Shown here: in pieces, positions 23,734-38,594 of the stretch
Numbering within the stretch: the first letter of the stretch is position 1
How the letters are laid out: every line of letters starts with the position of its first letter
Assembly (NCBI RefSeq): GCF_001194135.2
Contig: NC_068982.1
Location: 66,865,200-66,929,199, forward strand
Source of the DNA: Octopus bimaculoides
Taxonomy: Eukaryota
Direction of reading: 5' to 3'
Length of the DNA: 64,000 bases
The notes under the pieces: model-generated
What the model saw: only the letters and a program-made list of their open reading frames with translations
The model's database searches: none
Told to the model about the DNA's origin: nothing
Program-made: the position numbers and the translations under genes

Positions 23734-25181
23734 GCTCTTCAATGCATTATTTGCTATCAATCATCATTGGTAAAAATGTTGAAACATTTCCACTTCAAGA
23801 TACAACAATTATTGTTGAGAAAGGTGTCAGATTGCAAAAACTTTTGTTCCAAGTCTTCATTGTATCAAAATTATCCAAGTTATCAATGCTAACATGAGAA
23901 CATAACTTGAACAATAGATGCAGAAACAATGGGTCATTAGTCCAAAGCCTCCCCATGAGCTTGTTTACATTTAGAATGTAAGTACAGAAGCATAAAAAAA
24001 AATGTAAATAAATCTTCTATAAACAATGTCATGAATGCCAATAGAGTTATAAATAATGGTTTCTGATTTAGGTACATGGGCTACAATTTCGATGGGTAGG
24101 GAATTAGTCAATATTTTTTACTAATACCTAATGTTTTATAAAAGGCAAAGCTGACCTTGTCAGGAATTGAACTTAAAATGCAAAGAGCTGAAACAAATAC
24201 CACAAGGTATGTGCTTCTAACTTTTCTTTTCTTTCCTCATGATGAGGATAATGCTGGAATGTATTGATTACTACATAAATTTACACTCTAACACCTCATT
24301 GCCTTAGTCCAGTTATGAATAAATGCTCATAATACAGAGCATTAGAAAAAACCCTTAAATGAAAAAAAAAAAAAGCAGAAGCCTGCCAGCTGAACTCTAA
24401 CCATGCACCTACCGTAGCCCAGACAGTCATGATGCCATTAAACTAAAGTAACTTTTCAATTTTCATCCTATGTATTAGAACTGTTTTGGCATTTGAGATA
24501 AATTGTTTATAGCTGCCGGGACACAATATTTTTCAAAACTTCCATGCTTTCTGAAATTTCCCAACACTATTCTTGATTAATTACTTGTAGAGACACTGTA
24601 TTTCCTCATGCAACCATAATATACTACAAAGTATATTAAACACTTTATAAATCAACACTATGTTCTACTGTGTTAGCAGTGCTATTATATCGCATGTAGC
24701 GATAACCTTAACATGTGATTGCACCTGATGTACCTATGTACCTTCTCTTTTAGTGACCCTTCTACTCTTCACTTTTCAGTCTTTTTATGTTTTGCTTTGC
24801 ATGCAATGCATGTACTTACAGCTATCATTACTGTTTTCTTTACTTGTCTTATTGTTTCTTTCTGTCCCCTCTTTTACCCTTTTCCAATAAGTTGTAGTGT
24901 ACCTGAACACTGGATACAATTAGCTCATTATATTTCACAACGCTTATATAATTACATTCTATATAGTTATAGTTGCATTCTATATAGTTATATAGTCACG
25001 TTATATATGTAAACTGTAAAACGTTATTTTTGTCCCACTTGTAAGATGAAAGCCTCTAATTTGAATGGATGAAAATCCTAAAGGCATTTTAGTGTAATGG
25101 TATAATACCTGTCTGGGTTATAGTAGATGTCCTATGGGTGAATTTCTCTCCTTTTTCTATCCAATGGATTTTTAACCCTAT

Positions 25182-25549
25182 TGTTGGCACTCCATCGCTT
25201 ACGATGTCGAGGGTTCCAGTTGATTCGATCAACGGAACAGCCTGCTCGTGAAATTAACATGCAAGTGGCTGAGCACTCCACAGACACGTGTACCCTTAAC
25301 GTAGTTCTCGGGGATATTCAGCGTGACACAGTGTGACAAGGCTGACCCTTTGAATTACAGGCACAACAGAAACAGGAAGTAAAAGTGAGAGAAAGTTGTA
25401 GTGAAAGAGTACAGCAGGGTTCGCCACCATCCCTTGCCGGAGCCTCGTGGAGCTTTAGGTGTTTTCGCTTGATAAACACTCACAACGCCCGGTCTGGGAA
25501 TCAAAACCGTGAGTCTGCTGCCCTAACCACTGGGGCATTGCGCCTCCAC
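25182..25549 (-). mobile_element. Full-length tRNA-derived SINE family B with an 11-bp TSD
   Basis: Head GTGGAGGCGCAATGCCCCAGTGGTTAGG..GGTTTTGATTCCC; TTTAACCCTAT at 25171-25181 and 25550-25560. Confidence 0.9.
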
Positions 25550-26144
25550 TTTAACCCTATATGAGTTATTATTTGTAATTGTTTTATCATTCAAGTACAT
25601 TATTTATAGAAGGCATGGCTGTGTGGTTAAGAAGCTCTCTTTGCAATCACATACTTTTGGGTTCAGATCCACCATGTGGCACCTTGGGCAAGCATCTTCT
25701 GACCAATGCCTTGTGAGTTTGGGAATTTGATAGACAGAAACTGTGTTGAAATTCATTGTCACCTGAAGATTGCAGTGGAGTGAAACTTGAGTCACAAGAC
25801 AAACTCTCAGCTTCAGTTTTAATAAAAACTCTGTGTGTGTGTGTGTGTGTGTAAGTGAGAGAGAGAGAGAGAGAGAGAAAGTGTGTGTTTGTGTAAATCC
25901 CTGTAACTTGGTGGTTTCAGCAAAAGAGAGTGATAGAATAAGTACCAGACTGGGGAAAAACAGAAACATAGGCACAGGCATAACTGTGTGTAAGAAGTTT
26001 GCTTCTCAAACATATAGTTCCAGGTTCAATCCTACTGTGTGGTGCCTTGGGCAAGTGGCTTCTATTATAGCCTCAGGATGACCAAAGCATTGTCAGTGCA
26101 CTTGGTAGACAGAAACTGAAAGAAGCCCATCACACACACACACA

Positions 26145-26570
26145 TTCTTTTATTCTTATACTTGTTCCAGTCATTTGACTGTGGCCATGCTGGAACACCA
26201 CTTAAGGGTTTTTAGTCAAAGAAATCAACCCCAGGCCTTATTCTTTGTAAGCCTAGTACTTATTCTATTGGTCTCTTTTGCTGAACTGCTAAGTTACGGG
26301 GATGCAAACACACCAACATCTATTTTCAGGTGATGGTGAGGGGACAAACACAGACACAAAGACACACACACACACATAAATATATACATATATATGAAGG
26401 GCTTCTTTCAGTTTCCGTCTACCAAATCCACTCACAAGGCTTTGGTCGGCCCAAGGCTATTGTAGAAGTCACTTGCCCAAGGTCTCATGCAGTGGGACTG
26501 AACCCAGGACCATGTGGTTGAGAAGCAAGCATCTTTCCACACAGCCACACATGTTTGTGTGTCTTTATGT
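26145..26570 (-). mobile_element. SINE family A
   Basis: Complete arms around a (CA/TA)n centre. Confidence 0.88.
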
Positions 26571-27289
26571 ATGTGTTTGTCCTCCACTACTACTTGACAA
26601 CTGGTGTTGATGTGTTAATGTCTCCACAATTTAATGGCTCAGCAAAAGAGATCAATAGAATAAGAAGTACTAGGCTTAAAAAAAAAGAAAAGTGGTGGGG
26701 TTGGGTCAATTCATTCAACTAAAATTCTTGAAGGTGGTGCTCCAGCATGGCTGTAATCTAAAGATAAAAGATAAAGACTTACTTTTATACTTGAATGTTT
26801 AGACATGAAACTACCTTAAATAATCGCACATCAGCTTCTGATGTCAAAGATAGTTCAGTGGTTAGTAGGAAACATTTCAAAGAATGTTACTCAATATAAA
26901 ATAAATCCAGCAGTCAATAAAAAAGCAACTGTTCAAAAGAATCTAGAGATGATTTGTGTTGGCCCCGCAAAACAATAAAATACCTTATTTTACAAATTTC
27001 AATAACACATGATCTGACTCTAGTGAAGAAGTCTCATAAAAAGGGGAAATAAATCTACTTCCTTGCAACTCGTATATTTGTGGCCCTCTGCCAAAATTAG
27101 CTATTTTTATTTGATATGCTATCTGTAAGAATCTTTTGTTTTCCTCAATCATTGAGCTTTTATACCCAAACATACGCAATTTTGAAGTAGGTTCCACTGA
27201 TTGGTTTTATGGAGAGAATTGTGAGGCTGTTAAAAAAAAATCATTTGCTCCAAGACCCGAAAGAGAAATCAATATATGCCAGTATTACT

Positions 27290-27308
27290 ATTGTTATTAC
27301 TATTATCA

Positions 27309-27339
<31 letters not shown>

Positions 27340-27367
27340 TATCATTATTATTATTATCATTATTATT

Positions 27368-27399
<32 letters not shown>

Positions 27400-27470
27400 C
27401 ATTATTATTAAGAAGAAGAAGAAGAAGAAGAAGGAGGAGGAGGTGGAGGAGGAAGTGGAGGAGATGGAGG
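27290..27470. repeat. (TTA/TCA)n then (AAG)n/(GAG)n microsatellite
   Basis: Direct reading. Confidence 0.95.
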
Positions 27471-27774
27471 CAGAGCTACAAAATGAAAACTAGAAAAATG
27501 ATATCAAAAAATCACCTTTACCATTTCTAAACATATTTAATTTTCTTTTCTTTGTGAGGAGAATAGGGGTGGGTGTTTGGGTTGTTACTTAATTATGGAA
27601 GTGAGGTCAGCAATACTGTCTAGCTACCAAATTCTTTACAATATCTGAATATAGTTTAGAAGAAAAATAAGCAATGAATTTATATTCTTTTAGATTCATT
27701 TTTCAGCAATTGAGAAATAAATCTTAATTATAATTTTATTTTTTGGTTTATGTGTGATTGCTTAAGAACTGTAT

Positions 27775-27823
<49 letters not shown>

Positions 27824-27919
27824 CAGGCATGTGTGTGTATGCATGTTCTGCATAAGGTATCTGTGCAAGTTTATAGCATGTGTGTGCTGTATGAAAATGA
27901 CTGTATGCATATGTACCCA

Positions 27920-27961
<42 letters not shown>

Positions 27962-28714
27962 AATGAGTTTGAAATACTCATTGACACACACACACACATT
28001 CAGGGAAATCTTGGACAGTGGCATTTCTTGATTATTGCTGGAGGTCCTCATGTATCAAGAGGAGCACATCAATATCATTCTTTTGTTTTCCTTTCTTCTT
28101 TCTTTTTGCGACTGTATACTATGTATACTTTTCTTCTTTGTTTTATTGTATACCATGTATACTTTCATTTCTATTTTTTAAAAATCATTTCATTACATGT
28201 AAACACTCACATTTTATGCTTGTCTTTGTATTGTACCCCTCATTCTTCATCCTGGTGGTAAATAAAAGAAATCATCATCATCATCATCATCATCACCACC
28301 ATAGTCATCATTATCATCAACATCATCATTATCATTATAACGAAAGGGGCAAGCTGGTAGAATTGTAAGTCAGACAAGATGTTTAGTGGCATTTATTCTG
28401 GATCTTTACTTTCTTGGGTTCAGATTCCACAAAGGTTGACTTTGCCTTTCATTCTTTTAGGTAAAAGTAAGTGCTAGTTGAGCACTAGTATCAGTGTAAT
28501 AGACTTATGCCAATGCCTCACAAAATTTCAGTCTTTGTGCCTATAGCAGAAAGAATTATTATTGTTCTTCTTCTTGATAGTAAAAGAATTACAAAATTCT
28601 TGAGTCCTACTTGATTTGGTATGTGATCTGATCTGAGATTGTGTTGAGGCTAAACCCAGTGCATTGTGGTTGAGTCATTATAGCCATTAAAAAAACAAAC
28701 TCATATTCATTTAT

Positions 28715-29178
<464 letters not shown>

Positions 29179-29575
29179 TTTTATTTTTATTTTACTTCTT
29201 TTACTTGTTTCAGTCTTTGGACTATGGCCATGTTGGGGCACCACCTTGAAGGGTTTAGTTGAACAGATTGATCCCAGTACTTATCTTTTAAGTTTGGTGC
29301 TTATTCTATTTGCATCTTTTGCGAAACCTCTACTTTACAGGGACCAGTTACCAAGTCGTTGTGGGAGACAAAAGTGAAGACACACATACACACACAGAGG
29401 CTTGCATACAATTGCTGTCTACCAAATTTACTCTCAAAGCATTGGTTGGCCTGGTGCTATAGTAGAAGACACTTGCTCAAGATACAGCATAGTGAGACTG
29501 AACCTGAAACCACATGGCAGCAAAATAAGCTTCTTAAACCACAGACTCATACCTACCCCTAATAATAATAATGAT

Positions 29576-29795
29576 AGCCTACAATCTAGGTGTATTGCAA
29601 AAATCAGCATTACTTGGAACTGCATGCATATTGCATAAAGTATTGTCTGTTTGAGGTCCTTGTTGTGACTTGACAGACAGTACACCCCACTTCTCCAGTA
29701 GACACAATATCTTCAATCAACAACATCATAATATTGGATACTGTGCAATGTCTTATATGATGATGGCGATAATAATAATAATAATAATAATAATG

Positions 29796-29863
<68 letters not shown>
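29576..29863 (+). mobile_element. R4/Dong-like RLE LINE 3' end with a (TAA)n tail
   Basis: AYNLGVLQKSALLGTACILHKVLSV* (stop 29652-29654), ~110-bp UTR, (TAA)n; same family as 61945-62150. Confidence 0.75.
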
Positions 29864-30920
29864 CCAAGATAAGTTAAGAAATAAAGAAGGCCAAGAAGAC
29901 AAAAATAACTACAGAAATGATAAAAAAGCAGTTAAAAAAAATTCTCGAACAGGAAGAGCCCAGGACTGGATAGGGTCCAAAGTTATTGGATGAAGAAGCT
30001 GAGCGGTCTCTATGAAAAGATAGCACAACAGCTAGATGAGAGCTTGCAGGAAGAAGTACAAAAAGGACATGAAGAAAAATTATGCAAGAAGGGACTACAC
30101 ATATAGCCACAACAGAAATTGCTGGAAAACAGGTGGCATTGGCTGATGAAAAGAACACTAAAAAAAAAAGAGACCAAGAGCACTATACTGGCAGTGCAAG
30201 ACCAAGCTTTGGCCACAAACTAGAGGGTCAACCTTAGGAATGAGCAAGTATCTCTGCTGTATTGCATATGCAAGAGAGTGAATGAAACCATTACCCATAT
30301 TATGAGCAAATGCCCTAGATTTGCCCAAAATCACTATAGGTTGTGGCAACATGACCAGGTAGCAAAAGTGCTCCATTGGAAACTGTGCAAAAAGTGGGGG
30401 CTAGAGAGAGGCAAGATGTGGTATGAGAACAAACCACAGAGAGTGACAGAGTCAGAGATTAGCAAAATCCTCTGGAATTTCCCAATCCAAACAAATCAGG
30501 TGTTACAGCATAACTGACCGGACCTAGTGGTGGACAAGGTGCACCACATATGCTACATAGTTTATGTTGTATGCCCCTTTCACCCACAAATAGTGAAGAA
30601 GGAAGGCGAAAAGATAGATAAATGCAACCCTAGTGCCAATTATTGTTGGGTCCTTGAGAACAGTATCAGAAGGCATCAAGGAGACTATAAAGGAAATTGG
30701 AATAGAGTGCCCAGTAGAACTGTTACAAAAAATTTGCCTCCTTGGCACAGCCAAAATAATCAGGAAAATATTAGATAGCTGAAAAGAATGGATAGCATCG
30801 TACCATAGGCTGCAGGTAGCAAGCCCACTACACATGCAAGACTCCAGGAGCTCCAACAAAACCTGTGGTAAAGAGAAATAATGATGATGATAATAATAAT
30901 AATAATAACAACAACAACAA
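29864..30920 (+). pseudogene. R4/Dong-like RLE LINE ORF remnant, second subfamily (RT core deleted)
   Basis: KSPGLDRVQSYW, QDQALATN, CICKRVNETITHIMSKC (zinc knuckle), HDQVAKVLHW, PDLVV, LLQKICLLGTAKIIRKIL. Confidence 0.85.
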
Positions 30921-30923
30921 TAA

Positions 30924-31550
30924 TATTGGAGAGTATCGACCACATTGTTGCCAGTTGCTCAGAATATAAAACCAGGTACAATCAAGTTGGACAATACTCG
31001 CACTGGAGCATGCGCCATCACTATGATAGCCTGCACCCTAAGAACTGGTATGGACACCATCCTGAGCAAGTCACTGAGGGAGAGAATGTTACCATCCTAT
31101 GGGATTATGGGATACATACAGACAGGCATATAAATGATAACAGACCACACATCATCATCAAAGACCAAAGACAAAAAACATGCCTGTTAATTAATATGAC
31201 AGTGCCTAATGATAGAATTTTTTTTTAGATGTTTATCTCAGCAAAACAAATTTAAAAAACTGTTGAAATATAAGGACCTGGGATTGAAATATCTAAGACG
31301 TGGCAATTAAAAATGAAAACCATCCCTGTTGTCGTAGGTGCCCTGGGAATGGTCAAGAAAGATAGCGACAAATTTTTTGACCAGATCCTTGGAAAACCAA
31401 CAATCTACGAGACTCAAAAAATTGTGTTGACATTAACAGCCCACATTCTCAGGAAGTTTCTCTCCATCTAATATATATGTGCCTTAGTTCTCTGGTCAAG
31501 ACCCAGTTGGAAGATGAAATAAAATGCAAATCAATTGGAAAATTTTAGCA
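30924..31550 (+). pseudogene. R4/Dong-like RLE LINE 3' fragment, third subfamily
   Basis: ESIDHIVASC, ILWDYGIHTDR..NRPHII, IPVVVGALG, AHILRKFLSI*. Confidence 0.85.
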
Positions 31551-31554
31551 CAAA

Positions 31555-31745
31555 GCCAACAATTTTGTGGGTGGGGGTAAGTCAGTTACATCAATCCTAG
31601 TGCTCAGGTGATACTTATTTTATCAACCTTGAAAGGATGAAAGGTAATGTTGACTTTGGCAGAGTTTGAACTCAGGACATAATGATGAATGAAATGCCGT
31701 TGAGCATTTTGCACAGTGTGCTAATGATTCTGCCAGCTCGCCACT

Positions 31746-31747
<2 letters not shown>
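31555..31747 (-). mobile_element. SINE family C
   Basis: Head adjacent to (AAT)n at 31748-31798. Confidence 0.8.
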
Positions 31748-31800
<53 letters not shown>

Positions 31801-32703
31801 ATTAACAGCCAAAATAAAGATCTCTAATATAAACACAATTAGTCTATTAGTCATCAGTCTATTGGCATTGATCTATTAGTGAATGGCTTCAACAGTTCAT
31901 AGTGTATTTTGTCACTGATGTCAATAGCCTCTGGTGTTTTAGTTAATGGTCTTTAGTCACCAGTGGATAGTCAGTCATTGGTGTATTAATTAATGGTTAT
32001 AGTCACTGGCTGTTGTACAAACATGAAAATGGAGTTGTCACAAAATGAATAGAAATCAAGCAGATAAAGTAGAATTTATGCAAAATTTAGTATAACTTCA
32101 ATTAGAGTTTTTGAAATTTAAGTTTATGCGTTGGTTGGTTTACATACGCATACAATAGGCACAGACATGGCTGTGTGGTTGTAAAGTTTGCTTCCCAACC
32201 ATGTGATCTTGGGTTCAGTCCCACTGTGTGACACCTTGTGTCCTACTACAGCACTAGGCTGACAAAAGCCTCATGGGTGGATTTTGAAATGGAAACTGAA
32301 AGAAGCTCGTCACACACACACATATATATATATATAGGTTATTTCTCTCTCTCTCACACACACATGATGAGCTTCTTTCAATTCCCATCTACCATATATA
32401 TATATATAAGCATGAATGCGTGTGTGTGTTTCTGTGTATCCTGTCTTGACATCATGTGATGGTCATGAACAAACATTACCATTATACAAGTGATGTTGTT
32501 CATATCTAATCTTCTACGAAAATATGTCCAACCATGGTTTAAATATCACCTGGGTTAGAAACAGGTGAAGGTTGACAATAGGAAGGGCATCTGGCCATGG
32601 AAAATCTGCCTCAACAAATTCCGTTTGACCCATGCAAGTATGGAAAAGTGAACATTGAATGAAGGTAATGATGATGATAACATGCACACGCTTTCAGTAT
32701 ATA

Positions 32704-32738
<35 letters not shown>

Positions 32739-33377
32739 TACTTTCAATATAACAAGAATGATATTTATAGCTGGAAGATTACTATCCATTTATCTAATTA
32801 AAAAGAAAGTTTAGATATCATCATAGATCTGTCATAATATGATAAGAAATAATGGTGTAAGAAACCAGTTATATTAAACTAGAAATAGCCAAGATCATAA
32901 CAAGAATGATATAATGAATGCTATTTGTAGAAAGAACTGTCCAAGACGTGAGAAACAGATATACAAAAGATATAAATTCATATTAATATATTAAAAAAAA
33001 AAAAAATTCCTTCTGGAACATTTCAGTTAAAATATCAATTTCTAACATTGGTCACAGCCAGAAATTAGGGGTGGAAGAGGAGAGATAGTCAATTACATTG
33101 ACTATATTAATCGAATGAATGGTACACAACTTTTTCTATACCAAAGTGAGTTGAACATTGAACATAAAGTCTTCAACAAAATACCATAAAATATTTTGTA
33201 CAATGCTCAACTAATTCTGACATCTACAACTCAATTCCAACAATAACTAAAATTTCTCAACATCAACATTACAGGACCAGGCATAACTGCATGGTTAACA
33301 AGCTCACTTTACCACATGGTTTTAGATTCAATTCCATTGGTAGTACAAACAGGATAAATAAAACTCAGTATATCATC

Positions 33378-33700
33378 ATCATCATTTAACATCCACCTTC
33401 TATGCTGGCATGGGTTGGACGGTTTGACAGAAGCTGGCCAGGTAGAAGACTACACCAGGTTACTGTGTCTGTTTTGACATGGTTTTTATGAATGAATGCC
33501 CTTCCTAACACCAACCACCCTGCAGAGTGGACTGAGTGCTTTTTATGTGGTACCAGCGCAGGTGAGGTCAGTTTTAGCATGGTTCTTAGAGCTGGATGCC
33601 CTTCCAAATGCTAACCACTTCACAGTGTGGACTGGATGCTTTTCACGTGGCAACAGCACCAACAGGGTCACCAAGTAACTTACAAGGCAAGGAATTTTTG
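33378..33700 (-). mobile_element. RTE 3'-tail fragment
   Basis: ATCATCATTTAAC..CATGGGTTGGACGG..GCTGGATGCCCTTCC. Confidence 0.75.
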
Positions 33701-34611
33701 AGAAGAGAGGGGGAATTGGAGGAGGGGGTCTTGTGTCAGATGATGAAAGGTTAGAGTGTGACAGAGGCAGAAACAGGTGTCTTGCTATAGAAGAGGAGGC
33801 ATTGGAAGATGTGATCATGTGTCAGATGATGAAAGGCTAGAGAGAGACAGAGAGGCAGTGGAAGTTACAAAGTGACTCGAGGGCCAGGAGTTTCATAGTT
33901 TCAAACAGATTCTTTTAATTCCTATGAAGTCTTCAATTTAACACTAGCAGAATTTTCTTTTTAAATTTTAGAACATAAAAAGACATAGTGACTGATAAGT
34001 ATGAATCTGTCATCTGTCTTAATCAACTTTAAGGTTATGCTTCATATATTTTAACCCAACCTCTCTGCATCTGTAGCTGGATATTCTCACCTCAGATACA
34101 TTAGCATGGCATAATTAATCTTGAACAGCAATGTAGATATAGCATTTGAATGATACTTCATAAGAGAAATTTATTAACATTTATCAGACAGATTTATTGC
34201 AAAATCAAATTTCTAGGATTTCTTCCATCCCTGCTCCAGACTTGAAGCACGTGTTATTAATCTAATAGCAGTCCCAACAAGCAATTTGTCAGATAAAAGT
34301 TTATAAAACTGTGTAAATTGATCATTTTATCAGACATGGTTATTTGTGGATTTAGTGATAAGGTTATTAAGGGTATCCTAATGATTAAGCCAGAACTAAT
34401 TAGATAACAAGAGAAATAATTAGTATGAAATATGAAATAAAATACTGCAAAGCTTCCTAATTAATTTTCACCAAAAGATGAAAATGATTACAAGGGTACA
34501 GGGAATTTCAAAAGTAAGTAGTGAGTGTGTCCATACAAAATAAATATAGCTTCAAATAGGGTTCTAGTGAAGGAAGGTATGCACTGTATAATCTAATTAT
34601 AGAATCCCAAA

Positions 34612-35002
34612 TAGGTGCAGGGGTGGCAGAGAGGTAAGATGTTTGCTTCTCAACTGCATAGTTTCAGGTTCAGTCTCATTGTGTGGTACCTTCAGCAAGT
34701 GTCTTCTACTATAGCCTTGGGCTGGCCAAAGCTTTGTGAGTAAATTTGGTTGAGGGAAACTGTAAGAATCCCATCATATATACATCTATGTGTGTGTGTG
34801 TGCCTTTGTGTTCGTACCCCACCACCACTTGACGACTGGTGTCGGTGTGCTTACATCCTTGTAACCTAGTGCTTCAACAAAAGAGATTGAAAGAATAATT
34901 ATCGGGTTGAAAAGAAAAAGTACTGAAGTCGATTCATTTTTCAAGGCTGTGCTCCAGCATGGCCACAGTCTAATGACTGAAACCAGTAAAGATAAAAGAT
35001 AA
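34612..35002 (+). mobile_element. SINE family A, diverged
   Basis: Both arms recognisable. Confidence 0.75.
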
Positions 35003-35120
35003 ATGATGAGATAGGCATGTTTGGAATGCTTTTGATCACAGGTCTGTTCAATCAGGGTTAACTTACACCTTAACAACAACAACAATACACACAGCTCGAA
35101 GAAACATACACAAAATATAT

Positions 35121-35273
35121 GTGGCTGTGTGGTAAGAAGCTTGCATTCTGACCACATGGTTCCAGGTTTAGTCCCACTGCATAACACTTCGGGCAAGTGT
35201 CTTCTACTATAGCCTTGGGCCGACCAAAGCCTTGTGACTGGATTTGGTAGATGGAAACTGGAAGAAGCCCATC

Positions 35274-35353
<80 letters not shown>

Positions 35354-35356
35354 ATA

Positions 35357-35396
<40 letters not shown>

Positions 35397-35598
35397 TCCC
35401 CCACCATTGTTTGACAACCGATGTTGGTGTGTTTACGTCCCCGTAATCTAGCAGTTTGGCAAAAGAGACCAATAGAATAAGTACTAGGCTTACAAAGAAT
35501 AAGTCCTGGGGTCGATTTCTGTGACTAACACCCTGTAAGGTGGTGATCTATCATGGCTGCAGTCAAATGGCAGAAACAAATAAAAGAATAAAAGAATA
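35121..35598 (+). mobile_element. SINE family A with a ~130-bp (TA)n(TG)n centre
   Basis: Complete arms. Confidence 0.9.
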
Positions 35599-36117
35599 CA
35601 TAGAAATCTAAACACATATGCATTTAAATGTAAGTACCTGTCTTATTTTTTACTTATAAAAATCATGAGACAGAACACTCATATACAAATATAAACTGAT
35701 ACATACACAGATACATAAACACAGAGAGCTTTTGTTACATACGTAAAATAACTAAGAAAGAGCGGGAATAGCTTTCAGATTTTTCAATGACAAAAAAAGA
35801 GAAAACGTAGCAAAAAAAACCAAAAAAAAACCTATCTTGTCCTTCTTAACCTGTTACTTAGTATTAATGGTGTACGCTAGGTATCCTGGAAACTAAGCAG
35901 TGGTGAGACAGCCCTAAATCTTGTCCCATTTACTTTAAGAGTAGGGCAGGTAGGTAATTGGGATAAGAGACAGAATGAGTGGGTGGTGAAGCAGGAAATA
36001 AGTGTGGTATGTGGCAATGTTGTCCAGAGAGTAAATCTTATTCAAGCAAAAAAGAACATTCTAAGTATGATACATACAACTGAAATATGCCAGAATATAT
36101 ATGTAAATATATATAAG

Positions 36118-36166
<49 letters not shown>

Positions 36167-36470
36167 CAAGAGATGCAATAAACTTATCAAGATTTAAAAT
36201 TTTAAGTAGAATAGATTTTAATTTAAAGTGTGTGTGTGTGTGTGCGTGTGTGTAAATCATCCAAATGCAGCCTAAATAAGTTAAAATCTGAGTATTGTAG
36301 AATTTTAGAATCTGAGTATTGTAGAATACATACATATATATATATATATATATAGGAAATGTGTCTTCTTGTGTTTTGTTTCTCCATTCTCCACATAAAT
36401 ATATATATATATATATATATACATATATATACATATATATACATACATATATATATATATATATACATAC

Positions 36471-36501
<31 letters not shown>

Positions 36502-36771
36502 CATACACATACATACATACATATACACCTAAATTTACCTATGAGAAGAATTAGAATGGGATTGCTCACCCTATGCACTCCTTGGTGCTTCTTACTACTT
36601 GATGTGGTTAGCCAGGACCTGGACTACACCTGAATGTTGTTACAGTAACCACATAGATTATTTTTCCCTGTATACTCAGTGTGTATGTGTGTGTACATAT
36701 ATATATATGTGTGCTAGACCGCTGAAATCTACTAGTTTTTCCATTCTCTCTCTGTTTATTTTCACTTATTC

Positions 36772-36807
36772 CTTTCTGTTGAAGAGCGTAGGCTTGAAAC
36801 GTAAAAG
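36772..36807 (+). ncRNA. Minimal hammerhead-like motif, CUGUUGA core variant
   Basis: CTTT-CTGTTGA-A-GAGC-GTAG-GCTT-GAAACGT-A-AAAG; stems CTTT/AAAG and GAGC/GCTT; palindromic ACGT. Confidence 0.45.
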
Positions 36808-36920
36808 ACTTTTACATTTTTCAGAGCATCATACTAATACACTTGCTTGTTGTTCATACACCTGTCTTCATCTTTTGTTTTTCTATAAATTTCAACTATA
36901 TGTATATACATACATACATA

Positions 36921-36964
<44 letters not shown>

Positions 36965-38594
36965 ACACGAACACAAAACATCCGGACAGTTAAGTGATGC
37001 AAAAATGGGACAACAAAACATCCAGATAGATGATACATAGAAAACAAGGATGGGTCATTCAGAGTTTAGATAATACACACGTACATACATATATACATAT
37101 GCACACATACAAGTGAGCACATAAGTGAAAAACAAGGTGGAAAAAATAGTACTTGAATACCAAAGGTAGAGTAATATATTTTTTATTCATCATCATTATC
37201 GTTTAACATACACTTTCCATACTGGAATGGGTTGGACGGTTTGATTGAGGCCTGGCATAGATACATACACACACGCACAGTGATTACCATCCCTTTGTGC
37301 TTCCTCATTGTCAATGGCGTTTCTGACTTTCCATCCATGACTTCTCAGATGACTATTCAGACCTGTTGCAGATCTGCATGGTTTAAAGCATAGGTGACAG
37401 ACGAAAGTTGTAATTTACTGTATGCTTCCACACACACACACACACACACAAAATGAAGGCAGTCAAGACAGGAATATGTAGTGCATAGAGAGGACTAAGG
37501 AGAAAAATTAATGAAGAGACAGAGAAAAGAAAGATAAGAAGAAACATGGGGGAAAGTTTGATATATTTAGAACAGATAGATAGATAGATCAAAAACAGTG
37601 AACCTCAATCTAAAATTGAAAGATCATCAGTATTGAGTGAACTCCTACAAAAATCACTATCATTGTAAAGAAAAAAGAAAAATACATACAAATGTTATTG
37701 ACATTTTTCCCCCGTTCCTTTAAAGGAAATTGTGTATGTGAATGAATATATATAATGAAAGAGAGAGAGAGAGTTGAAGGGAAAGGAAGAAAGAGAAACA
37801 GTTTCATGTATATTTGTGTTGAACCATCTTGCTTCATTATGTTAGTGCCTTTATTATGCAATGAATCCTTCTTCATGACAGTATTGTCAGATTTGAGTAG
37901 TGTTTGTAACAGGTTAGACAACCATATAAGCTAAATAAGCACAGCACAAAAAAACAAAGCCAAGGTAGGATACTGGGCACATTGAGGAGATATTAATGAG
38001 GCCAAAGAAAATTTTTAACTATAGGATTTGGAGAAACTGATAAATGGAAGAGATGAATCACATTGTAGACAATCATCAATATGAATGATGAGTCAGCCCT
38101 TGTCTACATGCATCAAGAGGAAAAAATGCATTATATGCAGTGAATGATAGCAAGTGATTTGAATGGTATAACTTTTGTATAAGCAAGCACAGATGTAAAC
38201 AAACACGGGTGCACACACACATACATGTACACTGGGGCTGGAGGAGATGTCCTCCTGGGGCTAAAAGCAACAGTAACATCCACCCCTAGGGGTCAGCCAC
38301 ACTTAAGTGGCAATATACTACACTATATATATATATATATAGAGAGAGAGAGATAGATAGATAGATAGATACATATATATATATAAAAATATACTATTGA
38401 GTGGACAAATGAATGAAAGGCACTCAACCTATTTATTGGGCTGATTACTAGCATCACACTTGAAACTCAAGAGTACTAATGAATTTGAATCAAACTGTTT
38501 TGATCTTATATACTAGACTACCTATGACCTGTTGAGTCACTGGGAAAGTCTGAGTTTCCCAGCAATGCAGTTTTATTTCATGGGCTTTTTTTCC

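Noticed and set aside
25480-25549. tRNA-like sequence (also 22111, 38780-38845, 48830)
   Set aside because: A/B boxes lead into SINE bodies; no closable cloverleaf or Pol III terminator, so not tRNA genes
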